Assembly (NCBI RefSeq): GCF_030384885.1
Contig: NZ_CP128613.1
Strand: one strand, 5' to 3'
From: Escherichia coli
Lineage (GTDB): Bacteria; Pseudomonadota; Gammaproteobacteria; Enterobacterales; Enterobacteriaceae
Length of the DNA: 64,000 nt
Numbering within the stretch: the first letter of the stretch is position 1; every line of letters starts with the position of its first letter. Below the pieces are notes generated by a model. That model saw only the letters and a list, made by a program, of their open reading frames with translations. It was not told the origin of the DNA and made no database searches. Made by a program: the position numbers and the translations under genes. Positions 14,382 through 27,031 of this stretch are shown here, piece by piece.

Positions 14382-15467
14382 ATGTTCAAGCGTCGTTATG
14401 TAACATTGCTTCCCCTTTTTGTGTTGCTTGCCGCCTGTAGCAGCAAGCCAAAACCTACTGAGACTGAAACGACCACCGGAACGCCGTCTGGCGGCTTCCT
14501 GCTTGAGCCGCAGCACAATGTGATGCAGATGGGCGGTGACTTCGCTAACAACCCGAATGCCCAGCAGTTCATCGACAAAATGGTGAGCAAACACGGTTTC
14601 AATCGTCAGCAGTTGCAGGAAATTCTCTCCCAGGCGAAACGTCTGGATTCGGTATTGCGGCTGATGGATAACCAGGCACCAACCACATCGGTGAAGCCGC
14701 CATCAGGTCCGAACGGCGCATGGCTGCGTTATCGCAAAAAATTTATTACGCCGGACAACGTGCAAAACGGCGTGGTTTTCTGGAATCAGTATGAAGATGC
14801 GCTGAATCGTGCGTGGCAAGTGTATGGCGTACCGCCAGAAATTATCGTCGGGATTATCGGCGTTGAAACCCGTTGGGGGCGCGTGATGGGGAAAACCCGT
14901 ATCCTCGATGCGCTGGCAACGTTGTCATTTAACTACCCACGCCGCGCGGAGTATTTCTCTGGTGAGCTGGAAACCTTCTTGCTGATGGCGCGCGACGAGC
15001 AGGACGATCCGCTCAATCTGAAAGGCTCGTTTGCCGGTGCGATGGGCTACGGTCAGTTTATGCCATCGTCTTATAAACAATATGCAGTGGATTTTAGCGG
15101 CGACGGGCATATCAACCTGTGGGATCCGGTTGATGCCATCGGTAGTGTGGCGAACTATTTTAAAGCGCACGGCTGGGTGAAAGGTGATCAGGTTGCGGTG
15201 ATGGCAAACGGTCAGGCTCCAGGCTTACCGAATGGCTTCAAAACCAAGTACAGCATTTCACAACTTGCTGCAGCTGGACTAACGCCACAGCAGCCGCTGG
15301 GCAATCATCAGCAGGCCAGCTTACTGCGCCTGGATGTTGGCACCGGTTACCAGTACTGGTACGGTTTGCCGAACTTCTACACTATCACCCGTTACAATCA
15401 CAGCACCCATTACGCAATGGCCGTCTGGCAGTTAGGACAAGCCGTGGCACTGGCGCGCGTTCAGTAA
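14382..15467 (+). CDS. mltB: Membrane-bound lytic murein transglycosylase B (lipoprotein)
   Basis: Track ORF 14277..15467; start refined to MFKRRYVTLLPLFVLLAACSS, which carries a lipobox (LAAC). Confidence 0.85.
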   Translation: MFKRRYVTLLPLFVLLAACSSKPKPTETETTTGTPSGGFLLEPQHNVMQMGGDFANNPNAQQFIDKMVSKHGFNRQQLQEILSQAKRLDSVLRLMDNQAPTTSVKPPSGPNGAWLRYRKKFITPDNVQNGVVFWNQYEDALNRAWQVYGVPPEIIVGIIGVETRWGRVMGKTRILDALATLSFNYPRRAEYFSGELETFLLMARDEQDDPLNLKGSFAGAMGYGQFMPSSYKQYAVDFSGDGHINLWDPVDAIGSVANYFKAHGWVKGDQVAVMANGQAPGLPNGFKTKYSISQLAAAGLTPQQPLGNHQQASLLRLDVGTGYQYWYGLPNFYTITRYNHSTHYAMAVWQLGQAVALARVQ

Positions 15468-15611
15468 CTCTTTGCAAGAGGGGGGCGTGAGCTTCCCTCT
15501 GGCTAATCAGCTTTTTTCTGAATCCTCCTCGTAAAATTGCAACGCCAACACCATCTTCCTGACGAAAGTGCTATCTTGTCCGGCATAAATTTTTGACTGA
15601 CAGAGGTTGTG

Positions 15612-16109
15612 ATGACTGACAGTGAACTGATGCAGTTAAGCGAACAGGTTGGGCAGGCGCTGAAAGCCCGTGGCGCAACCGTAACAACTGCTGAGTCTTG
15701 TACCGGCGGTTGGGTAGCGAAAGTGATTACCGATATTGCCGGTAGCTCCGCCTGGTTTGAACGCGGATTTGTCACCTACAGTAACGAAGCGAAAGCGCAA
15801 ATGATCGGTGTACGCGAAGAGACGCTGGCGCAGCATGGCGCGGTGAGCGAGCCTGTCGTGGTGGAAATGGCGATAGGCGCACTGAAAGCGGCTCGTGCTG
15901 ATTATGCCGTGTCTATTAGTGGTATCGCCGGGCCGGATGGCGGCAGTGAAGAGAAGCCTGTCGGCACCGTCTGGTTTGCTTTTGCCACTGCCCGTGGTGA
16001 AGGCATTACCCGGCGGGAATGCTTCAGCGGTGACCGTGATGCGGTGCGTCGTCAGGCTACTGCGTATGCATTGCAAACCTTGTGGCAACAATTTCTACAA
16101 AACACTTGA
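15612..16109 (+). CDS. pncC: NMN amidohydrolase, CinA C-terminal domain family
   Basis: Track ORF 166 aa (MTDSELMQLSEQ...); immediately upstream of recA. Confidence 0.8.
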   Translation: MTDSELMQLSEQVGQALKARGATVTTAESCTGGWVAKVITDIAGSSAWFERGFVTYSNEAKAQMIGVREETLAQHGAVSEPVVVEMAIGALKAARADYAVSISGIAGPDGGSEEKPVGTVWFAFATARGEGITRRECFSGDRDAVRRQATAYALQTLWQQFLQNT

Positions 16110-17250
<1,141 letters not shown>

Positions 17251-17270
17251 TCGTCTTGTTTGATACACAA

Positions 17271-17299
17271 GGGTCGCATCTGCGGCCCTTTTGCTTTTT
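17271..17299 (+). terminator. Intrinsic terminator after recA
   Basis: gggtcgcatctgcggccc stem-loop followed by ttttgcttttt. Confidence 0.7.
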
Positions 17300-17317
17300 A
17301 AGTTGTAAGGATATGCC

Positions 17318-17818
17318 ATGACAGAATCAACGTCCCGTCGCCCGGCATATGCTCGCCTGTTGGATCGTGCGGTACGCATTCTGGCGGTGCGCGATCACAG
17401 TGAGCAAGAACTGCGACGTAAACTCGCGGCACCGATTATGGGCAAAAATGGCCCGGAAGAGATTGATGCCACGGCAGAAGATTACGAGCGCGTTATCGCC
17501 TGGTGCCATGAACATGGCTATCTCGATGACAGCCGATTTGTTGCGCGCTTTATCGCCAGCCGTAGCCGCAAAGGTTATGGTCCTGCGCGTATTCGTCAGG
17601 AACTGAATCAGAAAGGTATTTCCCGCGAAGCGACAGAAAAAGCGATGCGTGAATGTGACATCGACTGGTGCGCACTGGCGCGCGATCAGGCGACGCGAAA
17701 ATATGGCGAACCTTTGCCAACTGTCTTTTCAGAAAAAGTTAAGATCCAGCGTTTTCTGCTCTATCGCGGCTATCTGATGGAGGATATCCAGGATATTTGG
17801 CGAAATTTTGCCGACTGA
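17318..17818 (+). CDS. recX: RecA regulator RecX
   Basis: Track ORF 166 aa immediately downstream of recA. Confidence 0.9.
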   Translation: MTESTSRRPAYARLLDRAVRILAVRDHSEQELRRKLAAPIMGKNGPEEIDATAEDYERVIAWCHEHGYLDDSRFVARFIASRSRKGYGPARIRQELNQKGISREATEKAMRECDIDWCALARDQATRKYGEPLPTVFSEKVKIQRFLLYRGYLMEDIQDIWRNFAD

Positions 17819-17945
17819 ACGCATACGGTATTTTACTTCCCAGTCAAGAAAACTTATCTTATTCCCACTTTTCAGTTACCAGCCCAGCGGTTAAGACACG
17901 CTGTCGCTGGTGGCGATATTTCGTTAGCTTGATTTCAGGATAATT

Positions 17946-20576
17946 ATGAGCAAGAGCACCGCTGAGATCCGTCAGGCGTTTCTCGACTTTTTCCATAGTA
18001 AGGGACATCAGGTAGTTGCCAGCAGCTCCCTGGTACCCCATAACGACCCAACTTTGTTGTTTACCAACGCCGGGATGAACCAGTTCAAGGATGTGTTCCT
18101 TGGGCTCGACAAGCGTAATTATTCCCGCGCTACCACTTCCCAACGCTGCGTGCGTGCGGGTGGTAAACACAACGACCTGGAAAACGTCGGTTACACCGCG
18201 CGTCACCATACCTTCTTCGAAATGCTGGGCAACTTCAGCTTCGGCGACTATTTCAAACACGATGCTATTCAGTTTGCATGGGAACTGCTGACCAGCGAAA
18301 AATGGTTTGCCCTGCCGAAAGAGCGTCTGTGGGTTACCGTCTATGAAAGCGACGACGAAGCCTACGAAATCTGGGAAAAAGAAGTAGGGATCCCGCGCGA
18401 ACGTATTATTCGCATCGGCGATAACAAAGGTGCACCATACGCATCTGACAACTTCTGGCAGATGGGTGACACTGGTCCGTGTGGCCCGTGCACCGAAATC
18501 TTTTACGATCACGGCGACCACATTTGGGGTGGCCCTCCGGGAAGTCCGGAAGAAGACGGCGACCGTTACATTGAGATTTGGAACATCGTCTTCATGCAGT
18601 TCAACCGCCAGGCAGATGGCACGATGGAACCGCTGCCGAAGCCGTCTGTAGATACCGGTATGGGTCTGGAGCGTATTGCTGCGGTGCTGCAACACGTTAA
18701 CTCTAACTATGACATCGACCTGTTCCGCACGCTGATCCAGGCGGTAGCGAAAGTCACTGGCGCGACCGATCTGAGCAATAAATCGCTGCGCGTAATCGCT
18801 GACCACATTCGTTCTTGTGCGTTCCTGATCGCGGATGGCGTAATGCCGTCCAATGAAAACCGTGGTTATGTACTGCGTCGTATCATTCGTCGCGCAGTGC
18901 GTCACGGTAATATGCTGGGCGCGAAAGAAACCTTCTTCTACAAACTGGTTGGTCCGCTGATCGACGTTATGGGCTCTGCGGGTGAAGACCTGAAACGCCA
19001 GCAGGCACAGGTTGAGCAGGTGCTGAAGACTGAAGAAGAACAGTTTGCCCGCACTCTGGAGCGCGGTCTGGCGCTGCTGGACGAAGAGCTGGCGAAACTT
19101 TCTGGCGATACGCTGGATGGCGAAACTGCTTTCCGTCTGTACGACACCTACGGTTTCCCGGTTGACCTGACGGCTGATGTTTGTCGTGAACGCAACATCA
19201 AAGTTGACGAAGCTGGTTTTGAAGCAGCAATGGAAGAGCAGCGTCGTCGTGCGCGCGAAGCCAGCGGCTTTGGTGCCGATTACAACGCAATGATCCGTGT
19301 TGACAGTGCATCTGAATTTAAAGGCTATGACCATCTGGAACTGAACGGCAAAGTGACCGCGCTGTTTGTTGATGGTAAAGCGGTTGATGCCATTAATGCA
19401 GGCCAGGAAGCGGTAGTCGTGCTGGATCAAACGCCATTCTATGCGGAATCTGGCGGTCAGGTTGGCGATAAAGGCGAACTGAAAGGCGTTAACTTCTCCT
19501 TTGCGGTGGAAGATACGCAGAAATACGGCCAGGCGATTGGTCACATCGGTAAACTTGCTGCGGGTTCTCTGAAAGTGGGCGACGCGGTGCAGGCTGATGT
19601 TGATGAGGCTCGTCGCGCTCGTATTCGTCTGAATCACTCCGCAACGCACCTGATGCACGCTGCGCTGCGCCAGGTTCTGGGTACTCATGTATCGCAGAAA
19701 GGTTCATTGGTTAACGACAAAGTGCTGCGCTTCGACTTTTCACACAACGAAGCGATGAAACCAGAAGAGATTCGTGCAGTCGAAGACCTGGTGAACGCGC
19801 AGATTCGCCGTAACTTGCCGATCGAAACCAACATCATGGATCTCGAAGCGGCGAAAGCGAAAGGTGCGATGGCGCTGTTTGGCGAGAAGTATGATGAGCG
19901 CGTACGCGTGCTGAGCATGGGCGATTTCTCCACCGAGCTGTGTGGCGGTACTCACGCAAGCCGCACCGGTGATATTGGTCTGTTCCGCATCATCTCTGAA
20001 TCGGGTACTGCTGCAGGTGTTCGTCGTATCGAAGCGGTAACCGGAGAAGGCGCTATCGCCACCGTTCATGCAGACAGCGATCGCTTAAGCGAAGTCGCAC
20101 ATCTGTTGAAAGGCGATAGCAATAATCTGGCTGATAAAGTGCGCTCAGTACTGGAGCGTACGCGTCAGCTGGAAAAAGAGTTACAACAGCTTAAAGAACA
20201 AGCTGCCGCACAGGAGAGCGCAAATCTTTCCAGTAAGGCAATTGATGTTAATGGTGTTAAGCTGTTGGTTAGCAAGCTTAGCGGTGTTGAGCCGAAAATG
20301 TTGCGTACCATGGTTGACGATTTAAAAAATCAGCTGGGGTCGACAATTATCGTGCTGGCAACGGTAGCCGAAGGTAAGGTTTCTCTGATTGCAGGCGTAT
20401 CTAAGGACGTCACAGATCGTGTGAAAGCAGGGGAACTGATTGGTATGGTCGCTCAGCAGGTGGGCGGCAAGGGTGGTGGACGTCCTGACATGGCGCAAGC
20501 CGGTGGTACGGATGCTGCGGCCTTACCTGCAGCGTTAGCCAGTGTGAAAGGCTGGGTCAGCGCGAAATTGCAATAA
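17946..20576 (+). CDS. alaS: Alanine--tRNA ligase
   Basis: Track ORF 876 aa; class II aaRS motifs, editing domain and C-terminal DHHA1-like region. Confidence 0.97.
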   Translation: MSKSTAEIRQAFLDFFHSKGHQVVASSSLVPHNDPTLLFTNAGMNQFKDVFLGLDKRNYSRATTSQRCVRAGGKHNDLENVGYTARHHTFFEMLGNFSFGDYFKHDAIQFAWELLTSEKWFALPKERLWVTVYESDDEAYEIWEKEVGIPRERIIRIGDNKGAPYASDNFWQMGDTGPCGPCTEIFYDHGDHIWGGPPGSPEEDGDRYIEIWNIVFMQFNRQADGTMEPLPKPSVDTGMGLERIAAVLQHVNSNYDIDLFRTLIQAVAKVTGATDLSNKSLRVIADHIRSCAFLIADGVMPSNENRGYVLRRIIRRAVRHGNMLGAKETFFYKLVGPLIDVMGSAGEDLKRQQAQVEQVLKTEEEQFARTLERGLALLDEELAKLSGDTLDGETAFRLYDTYGFPVDLTADVCRERNIKVDEAGFEAAMEEQRRRAREASGFGADYNAMIRVDSASEFKGYDHLELNGKVTALFVDGKAVDAINAGQEAVVVLDQTPFYAESGGQVGDKGELKGVNFSFAVEDTQKYGQAIGHIGKLAAGSLKVGDAVQADVDEARRARIRLNHSATHLMHAALRQVLGTHVSQKGSLVNDKVLRFDFSHNEAMKPEEIRAVEDLVNAQIRRNLPIETNIMDLEAAKAKGAMALFGEKYDERVRVLSMGDFSTELCGGTHASRTGDIGLFRIISESGTAAGVRRIEAVTGEGAIATVHADSDRLSEVAHLLKGDSNNLADKVRSVLERTRQLEKELQQLKEQAAAQESANLSSKAIDVNGVKLLVSKLSGVEPKMLRTMVDDLKNQLGSTIIVLATVAEGKVSLIAGVSKDVTDRVKAGELIGMVAQQVGGKGGGRPDMAQAGGTDAAALPAALASVKGWVSAKLQ

Positions 20577-20810
20577 TATAAGCGTCAGGCAATGCCGTGG
20601 ACTCGCTTCACGGCATTCGCATTAACGCTATCGACAACGATAAAGTCAGGTTGAAGTTGTGTATATCGGCTAAACTTAGGTTTAACAGAATGTAATGCCA
20701 TGACTGCTTACATGTAATGTGTTTGTCATTGCTTACTTTTTGGCGTTATATGATGGATAATGCCGGGATACAGAGAGACCCGACTCTTTTAATCTTTCAA
20801 GGAGCAAAGA

Positions 20811-20996
20811 ATGCTGATTCTGACTCGTCGAGTTGGTGAGACCCTCATGATTGGGGATGAGGTCACCGTGACAGTTTTAGGGGTAAAGGGCAACCAGGTA
20901 CGTATTGGCGTAAATGCCCCGAAGGAAGTTTCTGTTCACCGTGAAGAGATCTACCAGCGTATCCAGGCTGAAAAATCCCAGCAGTCCAGTTACTAA
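20811..20996 (+). CDS. csrA: Carbon storage regulator, RNA-binding global regulator
   Basis: Track ORF 61 aa [48 protein letters not shown]. Confidence 0.97.
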
Positions 20997-21310
20997 TCTT
21001 TCCGCGTCTCATCTTTATCGGTGAGACGCACCCTCAAAATTCCTCCTTCACTCCATTGTTTTTTCGCTTTACTCCCGTTCATTCAACTTTAGTCTCCATT
21101 TTTTGCATTACTGCTATCTGTCAGACCTCCGTTTTTCTGTTGATAAAACACTCTTTTTGACGTTTTTACAGACTAATTGAGCGTGAAGTGTGCAAGCGAT
21201 AAAAGTGTGGGAAAAATTGTTTGACTTATAAGTCTCAGAAAGTAATATGTGCGCCACGCAGCGACGATGAGCGATAAACAAGTTCTTCGAAGCACTCGTA
21301 AGAGGCGTGT

Positions 21311-21403
21311 GGTGAGGTGGCCGAGAGGCTGAAGGCGCTCCCCTGCTAAGGGAGTATGCGGTCAAAAGCTGCATCCGGGGTTCGAATCCCCGCCTCACCG
21401 CCA
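21311..21403 (+). tRNA. serV: tRNA-Ser (anticodon GCU)
   Basis: ggtgaggtggccgagaggctgaaggcgctcccctgctaagggagt...ggttcgaatccccgcctcaccgcca: long variable arm, GCT anticodon, terminal CCA. Confidence 0.9.
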
Positions 21404-21406
21404 TTT

Positions 21407-21483
21407 GCATCCGTAGCTCAGCTGGATAGAGTACTCGGCTACGAACCGAGCGGTCGGAGGTTCGAATCCTCCCGGATGCACCA
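21407..21483 (+). tRNA. argV: tRNA-Arg (anticodon ACG), copy 1
   Basis: gcatccgtagctcagctggatagagtactcggctacgaaccgagcggtcggaggttcgaatcctcccggatgcacca, 77 nt, ACG anticodon. Confidence 0.9.
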
Positions 21484-21682
21484 TATTCTCCGAAATCTTC
21501 AGCGATGAAGGTGTCGAAGAGGTGGCGGTACTAACCGCAAGCACCAGGGAGGATAACGTTGCTTTAGCAACGGGCCGAAGGGCGAGCCGTAAGGCGAGTA
21601 ATCCTCCCGGATGCACCATCTCTTACTTGATACGGCTTTAGTAGCGGTATCAAAAAATCTGCAGTAAAGTAAGTTTCCCGAT

Positions 21683-21759
21683 GCATCCGTAGCTCAGCTG
21701 GATAGAGTACTCGGCTACGAACCGAGCGGTCGGAGGTTCGAATCCTCCCGGATGCACCA
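21683..21759 (+). tRNA. argY: tRNA-Arg (anticodon ACG), copy 2
   Basis: Identical 77-nt sequence to copy 1. Confidence 0.9.
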
Positions 21760-21956
21760 TATTCTACGAAATCTTCAGCGATGAAGGTGTCGAAGAGGTG
21801 GCGGTACTAACCGCAAGCACTAGGGAGGATAACGTTGCTTTAGCAACGGCCAGAAGGGCGAGCCGCAAGGCGAGTAATCCTCCCGGATGCACCATCTCTT
21901 ACTTGATATGGCTTTAGTAGCGATATCAATATCAGCAGTAAAATAAATTTCCCGAT

Positions 21957-22033
21957 GCATCCGTAGCTCAGCTGGATAGAGTACTCGGCTACGAACCGAG
22001 CGGTCGGAGGTTCGAATCCTCCCGGATGCACCA
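21957..22033 (+). tRNA. argZ: tRNA-Arg (anticodon ACG), copy 3
   Basis: Identical 77-nt sequence to copy 1. Confidence 0.9.
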
Positions 22034-22231
22034 TATTCTACGAAATCTTCAGCAATGAAGATATCGAAGAGGTAGCGGAATTAACCGCAAGCACCAGGAA
22101 GGATAACGTTGCTTTAGCAACGGCCCGAAGGGCGAGCCGCAAGGCGAGTAATCCTCCCGGATGCACCATCTCTTATTTGATATGGCTTTAGTAGCGGTAT
22201 CAATATCAGCAATAAAGTAAGTTCTCCCGAT

Positions 22232-22308
22232 GCATCCGTAGCTCAGCTGGATAGAGTACTCGGCTACGAACCGAGCGGTCGGAGGTTCGAATCCTCCCGG
22301 ATGCACCA
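22232..22308 (+). tRNA. argQ: tRNA-Arg (anticodon ACG), copy 4
   Basis: Identical 77-nt sequence to copy 1. Confidence 0.9.
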
Positions 22309-22588
22309 TATTCTCCGTAATCTTCAGCGATGATGGCATGGAAGAGGCGATGGTAATCACCGTCTGCTCCAGGGAGGATAACGTTGCGGCAGCAACGGCC
22401 CGAAGGGCGAACGCCAGTGAGTCATCCTCCCGGATGCACCATCTTCTCCAAAAAATCCCCTTCAAAAATATTTCATTTCTAAATAACTATTTTATCCATT
22501 TCCTGAATATTCTTCTCCTTCGCCATCAGCGACAAAATCAAGCAATTACGCTAAAGTAGCGTCATATTTTTCGACTTGCGAGAAGACC

Positions 22589-23155
22589 ATGTACGAGCGT
22601 TATGCAGGTTTAATTTTTGATATGGATGGCACAATCCTGGATACGGAGCCTACGCACCGTAAAGCGTGGCGCGAAGTATTAGGGCACTACGGTCTTCAAT
22701 ACGATGTTCAGGCGATGATTGCGCTTAATGGCTCGCCCACGTGGCGCATTGCTCAGGCGATTATTGAGCTTAATCAGGCCGATCTCGATCCCCATGCATT
22801 AGCCCGCGAGAAAACCGATGCCGTAAGAAGCATGTTGCTCGATAGCGTCGAACCACTCCCCCTTGTTGAAGTGGTGAAAAGCTGGCACGGACGTCGACCA
22901 ATGGCTGTAGGAACGGGGAGTGAAAGCGCCATCGCTGAGGCACTGCTAACGCACCTGGGATTACGCCGTTATTTTGACGCCGTCGTTGCTGCCGATCACG
23001 TCAAACATCATAAACCTGCGCCAGACACATTTTTGTTGTGCGCGCAGCGTATGGGCGTGCAACCAACGCAGTGTGTGGTCTTTGAAGATGCCGATTTCGG
23101 TATTCAGGCGGCCCGTGCTGCAGGCATGGACGCTGTGGATGTTCGCTTGCTGTGA
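22589..23155 (+). CDS. yqaB: HAD-superfamily sugar phosphatase (fructose-1-phosphate phosphatase-like)
   Basis: Track ORF 188 aa; HAD motif I FDMDGT near the N-terminus. Confidence 0.8.
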   Translation: MYERYAGLIFDMDGTILDTEPTHRKAWREVLGHYGLQYDVQAMIALNGSPTWRIAQAIIELNQADLDPHALAREKTDAVRSMLLDSVEPLPLVEVVKSWHGRRPMAVGTGSESAIAEALLTHLGLRRYFDAVVAADHVKHHKPAPDTFLLCAQRMGVQPTQCVVFEDADFGIQAARAAGMDAVDVRLL

Positions 23156-23580
23156 GTGAAGCTTTATCGCTTTTCTCGTTGTTTGCCAGTAGTTTCCTCA
23201 GCGCTACACTATTACCCGGTAATTCCGAAGTCGTGCTGGTTGCAATGTTGCTTTCCGGGGTAAGTCATCCCTGGGTTTTAGTTTTAACAGCAACAATGGG
23301 TAATAGCCTTGGAGGGTTAACTAACGTTATCCTTGGGCGTTTCTTTCCATTGCGTAAAACATCGCGCTGGCAAGAGAAAGCTACTGGTTGGCTGAAACGC
23401 TATGGTGCAGTCACGCTATTATTAAGCTGGATGCCCGTGGTTGGCGATTTACTGTGTCTGTTAGCGGGATGGATGCGCATCTCCTGGGGGCCAGTAATCT
23501 TTTTTTTGTGCCTTGGTAAAGCGTTACGTTATGTTGCAGTTGCAGCAGCGACCGTTCAGGGCATGATATGGTGGCACTAA
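23152..23580 (+). CDS. yqaA: Inner membrane protein, DedA/SNARE-associated-like
   Basis: Track ORF 142 aa, hydrophobic; 4-nt overlap with yqaB. Confidence 0.75.
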   Translation: MSEALSLFSLFASSFLSATLLPGNSEVVLVAMLLSGVSHPWVLVLTATMGNSLGGLTNVILGRFFPLRKTSRWQEKATGWLKRYGAVTLLLSWMPVVGDLLCLLAGWMRISWGPVIFFLCLGKALRYVAVAAATVQGMIWWH

Positions 23581-23625
23581 TTGTAGGCCTGCACACATGG
23601 TCACCATTACAGTTATGCTAATTAA

Positions 23626-25209
<1,584 letters not shown>

Positions 25210-25216
25210 CAGAAAA

Positions 25217-25290
25217 GAAAAAGGCCACTCGTGAGTGGCCAAAATTTCATCTCTGAATTCAGGGATGATGATAACAAATGCGCGTCTTTC
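25217..25290 (-). ncRNA. micA: MicA (SraD) small regulatory RNA
   Basis: Minus-strand reading gaaagacgcgcatttgttatcatcatccctgaattcagagatgaaattttggccactcacgagtggcctttttc matches the MicA sequence I recall, ending in a ggccactcacgagtggcc hairpin plus U-run; lies between gshA and luxS. Confidence 0.8.
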
Positions 25291-25358
25291 ATATACTCAG
25301 ACTCGCCTGGGAAGAAAGAGTTCAGAAAATTTTTAAAAAAATTACCGGAGGTGGCTAA

Positions 25359-25874
25359 ATGCCGTTGTTAGATAGCTTCACAGTCGATCATACCCGGATG
25401 GAAGCGCCTGCAGTTCGGGTGGCGAAAACAATGAACACCCCGCATGGCGACGCAATCACCGTGTTCGATCTGCGCTTCTGCGTGCCGAACAAAGAAGTGA
25501 TGCCAGAAAGAGGGATCCATACCCTGGAGCACCTGTTTGCTGGTTTTATGCGTAACCATCTGAACGGTAATGGCGTTGAGATTATCGATATCTCGCCAAT
25601 GGGCTGCCGCACCGGTTTTTATATGAGTCTGATTGGTACGCCAGATGAGCAGCGTGTCGCTGATGCCTGGAAAGCGGCAATGGAGGACGTGCTGAAAGTG
25701 CAGGATCAGAATCAGATCCCGGAACTGAACGTCTACCAGTGTGGTACTTATCAGATGCATTCGTTGCAGGAAGCGCAGGATATTGCGCGTAATATCCTGG
25801 AACGTGACGTACGCATCAACAGCAACGAAGAGTTGGCGCTGCCGAAAGAAAAGTTGCAGGAATTGCACATCTAG
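25359..25874 (+). CDS. luxS: S-ribosylhomocysteine lyase (AI-2 synthesis)
   Basis: Track ORF 171 aa; metal-binding HTLEH motif. Confidence 0.95.
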   Translation: MPLLDSFTVDHTRMEAPAVRVAKTMNTPHGDAITVFDLRFCVPNKEVMPERGIHTLEHLFAGFMRNHLNGNGVEIIDISPMGCRTGFYMSLIGTPDEQRVADAWKAAMEDVLKVQDQNQIPELNVYQCGTYQMHSLQEAQDIARNILERDVRINSNEELALPKEKLQELHI

Positions 25875-25887
25875 TCAATTGAAGAGG

Positions 25888-25918
25888 CCGGGCAGGTGAT
25901 ATCACCGCCCGGTTTTTA
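25888..25918 (+). terminator. Intrinsic terminator of luxS
   Basis: ccgggcaggtgat/atcaccgcccgg stem followed by tttttatt; the stop codon of the convergent minus-strand gene lies inside the T-tract. Confidence 0.75.
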
Positions 25919-27031
25919 TTACCTGTCAGTCACCCGATATTCCACGCTATGTGCTTCATCAGGTTGAGGAACTTCCAGCCTTGAGGCCATCCGCATCACG
26001 ACCGCTTCAGGAACGGCATACTCGCGCCTGGCATTTTGCTGCTTCCATTGCGCCCATGGCACTTCCAGATAAACGATTTTTACTCGTGCGCCGTAAGCCG
26101 TAAACAGACTGATGAGCTGGCTACGCAGTTGGCGGGTAATGTTCGTTGCATTCCAGATGAACGGCTTTTTCTGGCGTAAAAAAACGCGCGCCTCTTCTTT
26201 TGCCTGTTGCACAATACGCCCGGTCGCGGTTTTGTCGTCCGGGCTGGCATTGATTCGCCGCCGCATATCATCAAGGCTGATAACGTCCATTCCCTGGCAC
26301 TGTTCACTGATATAGCGATCTTTGCCCATACCCGGTAAGCCACACAGCAAAATGACCTCAAAAGGTTCAGCCTCCCAGGGAACAAAATCAGGAGAACTTT
26401 GTTCATGGGTCAGATAATGCCAGCGTGCGGAATCAGACACGAACGAGCGCACTTTTCCCCAACACTGTTGCTCCTGGCAAAATAGCTCGAACAGATCGAT
26501 GCGTTCCAGCATTGATTGCTGATCATGACAATGGCGACCAAGCAGATCGGCACGAGCAAGCAAAGCGAGCAGACGCGTGTCGATACGCATTGCAGCCGTG
26601 AGCAGCAAACGCTCCGGTTCCGGACGTTCTAGTAACCATAGCGGTAACCCATGCAGACGCACCAGTGCAACAATTTGCTCGCGTAGCACGAACGGCGTCG
26701 GGATATCGCGCCATAAAATTTGTCGGGCCGTCAATTCACCCCGACGAGCATGACCAGGAGACTGAATACGTCCGTTTTCCTGCACGGTAGTACTGCGCTT
26801 TTCAACGTCATGCAATAACGCCGCCGCCCATAAAATTTCCTGCTGCTGAGCGGGGAGTTGCTGGAACTCTGGCAGAGCCACGAGTGCATTCAGCACCATT
26901 TCAGTATGCACACCAACGTCGCCTTCACCATGATGCTCCGGGTCTTGCGGCGTATTATGCATATCCTCAACCCAGCTAAAACGCTGGCGTAGCGTCGACC
27001 AGCGTTTGTCGTCGGTAAGTTGCCAAATCAT
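25919..27031 (-). CDS. HD phosphohydrolase fused to a P-loop polynucleotide-kinase-like domain (HD-Pnk-like end-healing enzyme)
   Basis: Track ORF 370 aa: N-terminal HD signature ([10 protein letters not shown] ... LLHDVEK); C-terminal P-loop CGLPGMGKD followed by DDMRRR, the Asp/Arg arrangement seen in T4 Pnk-type 5'-OH kinases; ATGA overlap with the upstream ligase-like gene. Confidence 0.6.
   Translation of the reverse strand: MIWQLTDDKRWSTLRQRFSWVEDMHNTPQDPEHHGEGDVGVHTEMVLNALVALPEFQQLPAQQQEILWAAALLHDVEKRSTTVQENGRIQSPGHARRGELTARQILWRDIPTPFVLREQIVALVRLHGLPLWLLERPEPERLLLTAAMRIDTRLLALLARADLLGRHCHDQQSMLERIDLFELFCQEQQCWGKVRSFVSDSARWHYLTHEQSSPDFVPWEAEPFEVILLCGLPGMGKDRYISEQCQGMDVISLDDMRRRINASPDDKTATGRIVQQAKEEARVFLRQKKPFIWNATNITRQLRSQLISLFTAYGARVKIVYLEVPWAQWKQQNARREYAVPEAVVMRMASRLEVPQPDEAHSVEYRVTDR

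Larger units (their letters stand above)
21484..22445 (+). repeat. Tandem ~275-bp tRNA-plus-spacer repeat units; each spacer carries a hairpin and a 19-nt copy of the tRNA-Arg 3' end
   Basis: Spacers share attct-cgaaatcttcagcgatgaaggtgtcgaagaggtggcgg...ggaggataacgttgctttagcaacgg...gagtaatcctcccggatgcaccatc; partial tRNA 3' ends at about 21600..21618, 21876..21894, 22150..22168, 22423..22441. Confidence 0.8.

Noticed and set aside
17859-19688. 609-aa ORF on the minus strand, entirely inside alaS
   Set aside because: It is antisense to a highly conserved essential gene, its translation is low-complexity with no domain signatures, and it has no ribosome-binding-site context. Most likely a stop-free antisense frame created by alaS codon usage.
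21311-22445. Possible CRISPR array (regularly spaced direct repeats)
   Set aside because: The repeats are 77-nt tRNA genes with ~200-bp near-identical spacers, not short repeats separated by unique spacers, and there are no cas genes.
21395-22465. Three minus-strand ORFs (74, 64 and 138 aa) in the tRNA-Arg array
   Set aside because: They span the tRNA genes and spacers in antisense and are repeated only because the DNA is repeated. They are artefacts of translating a tRNA array.
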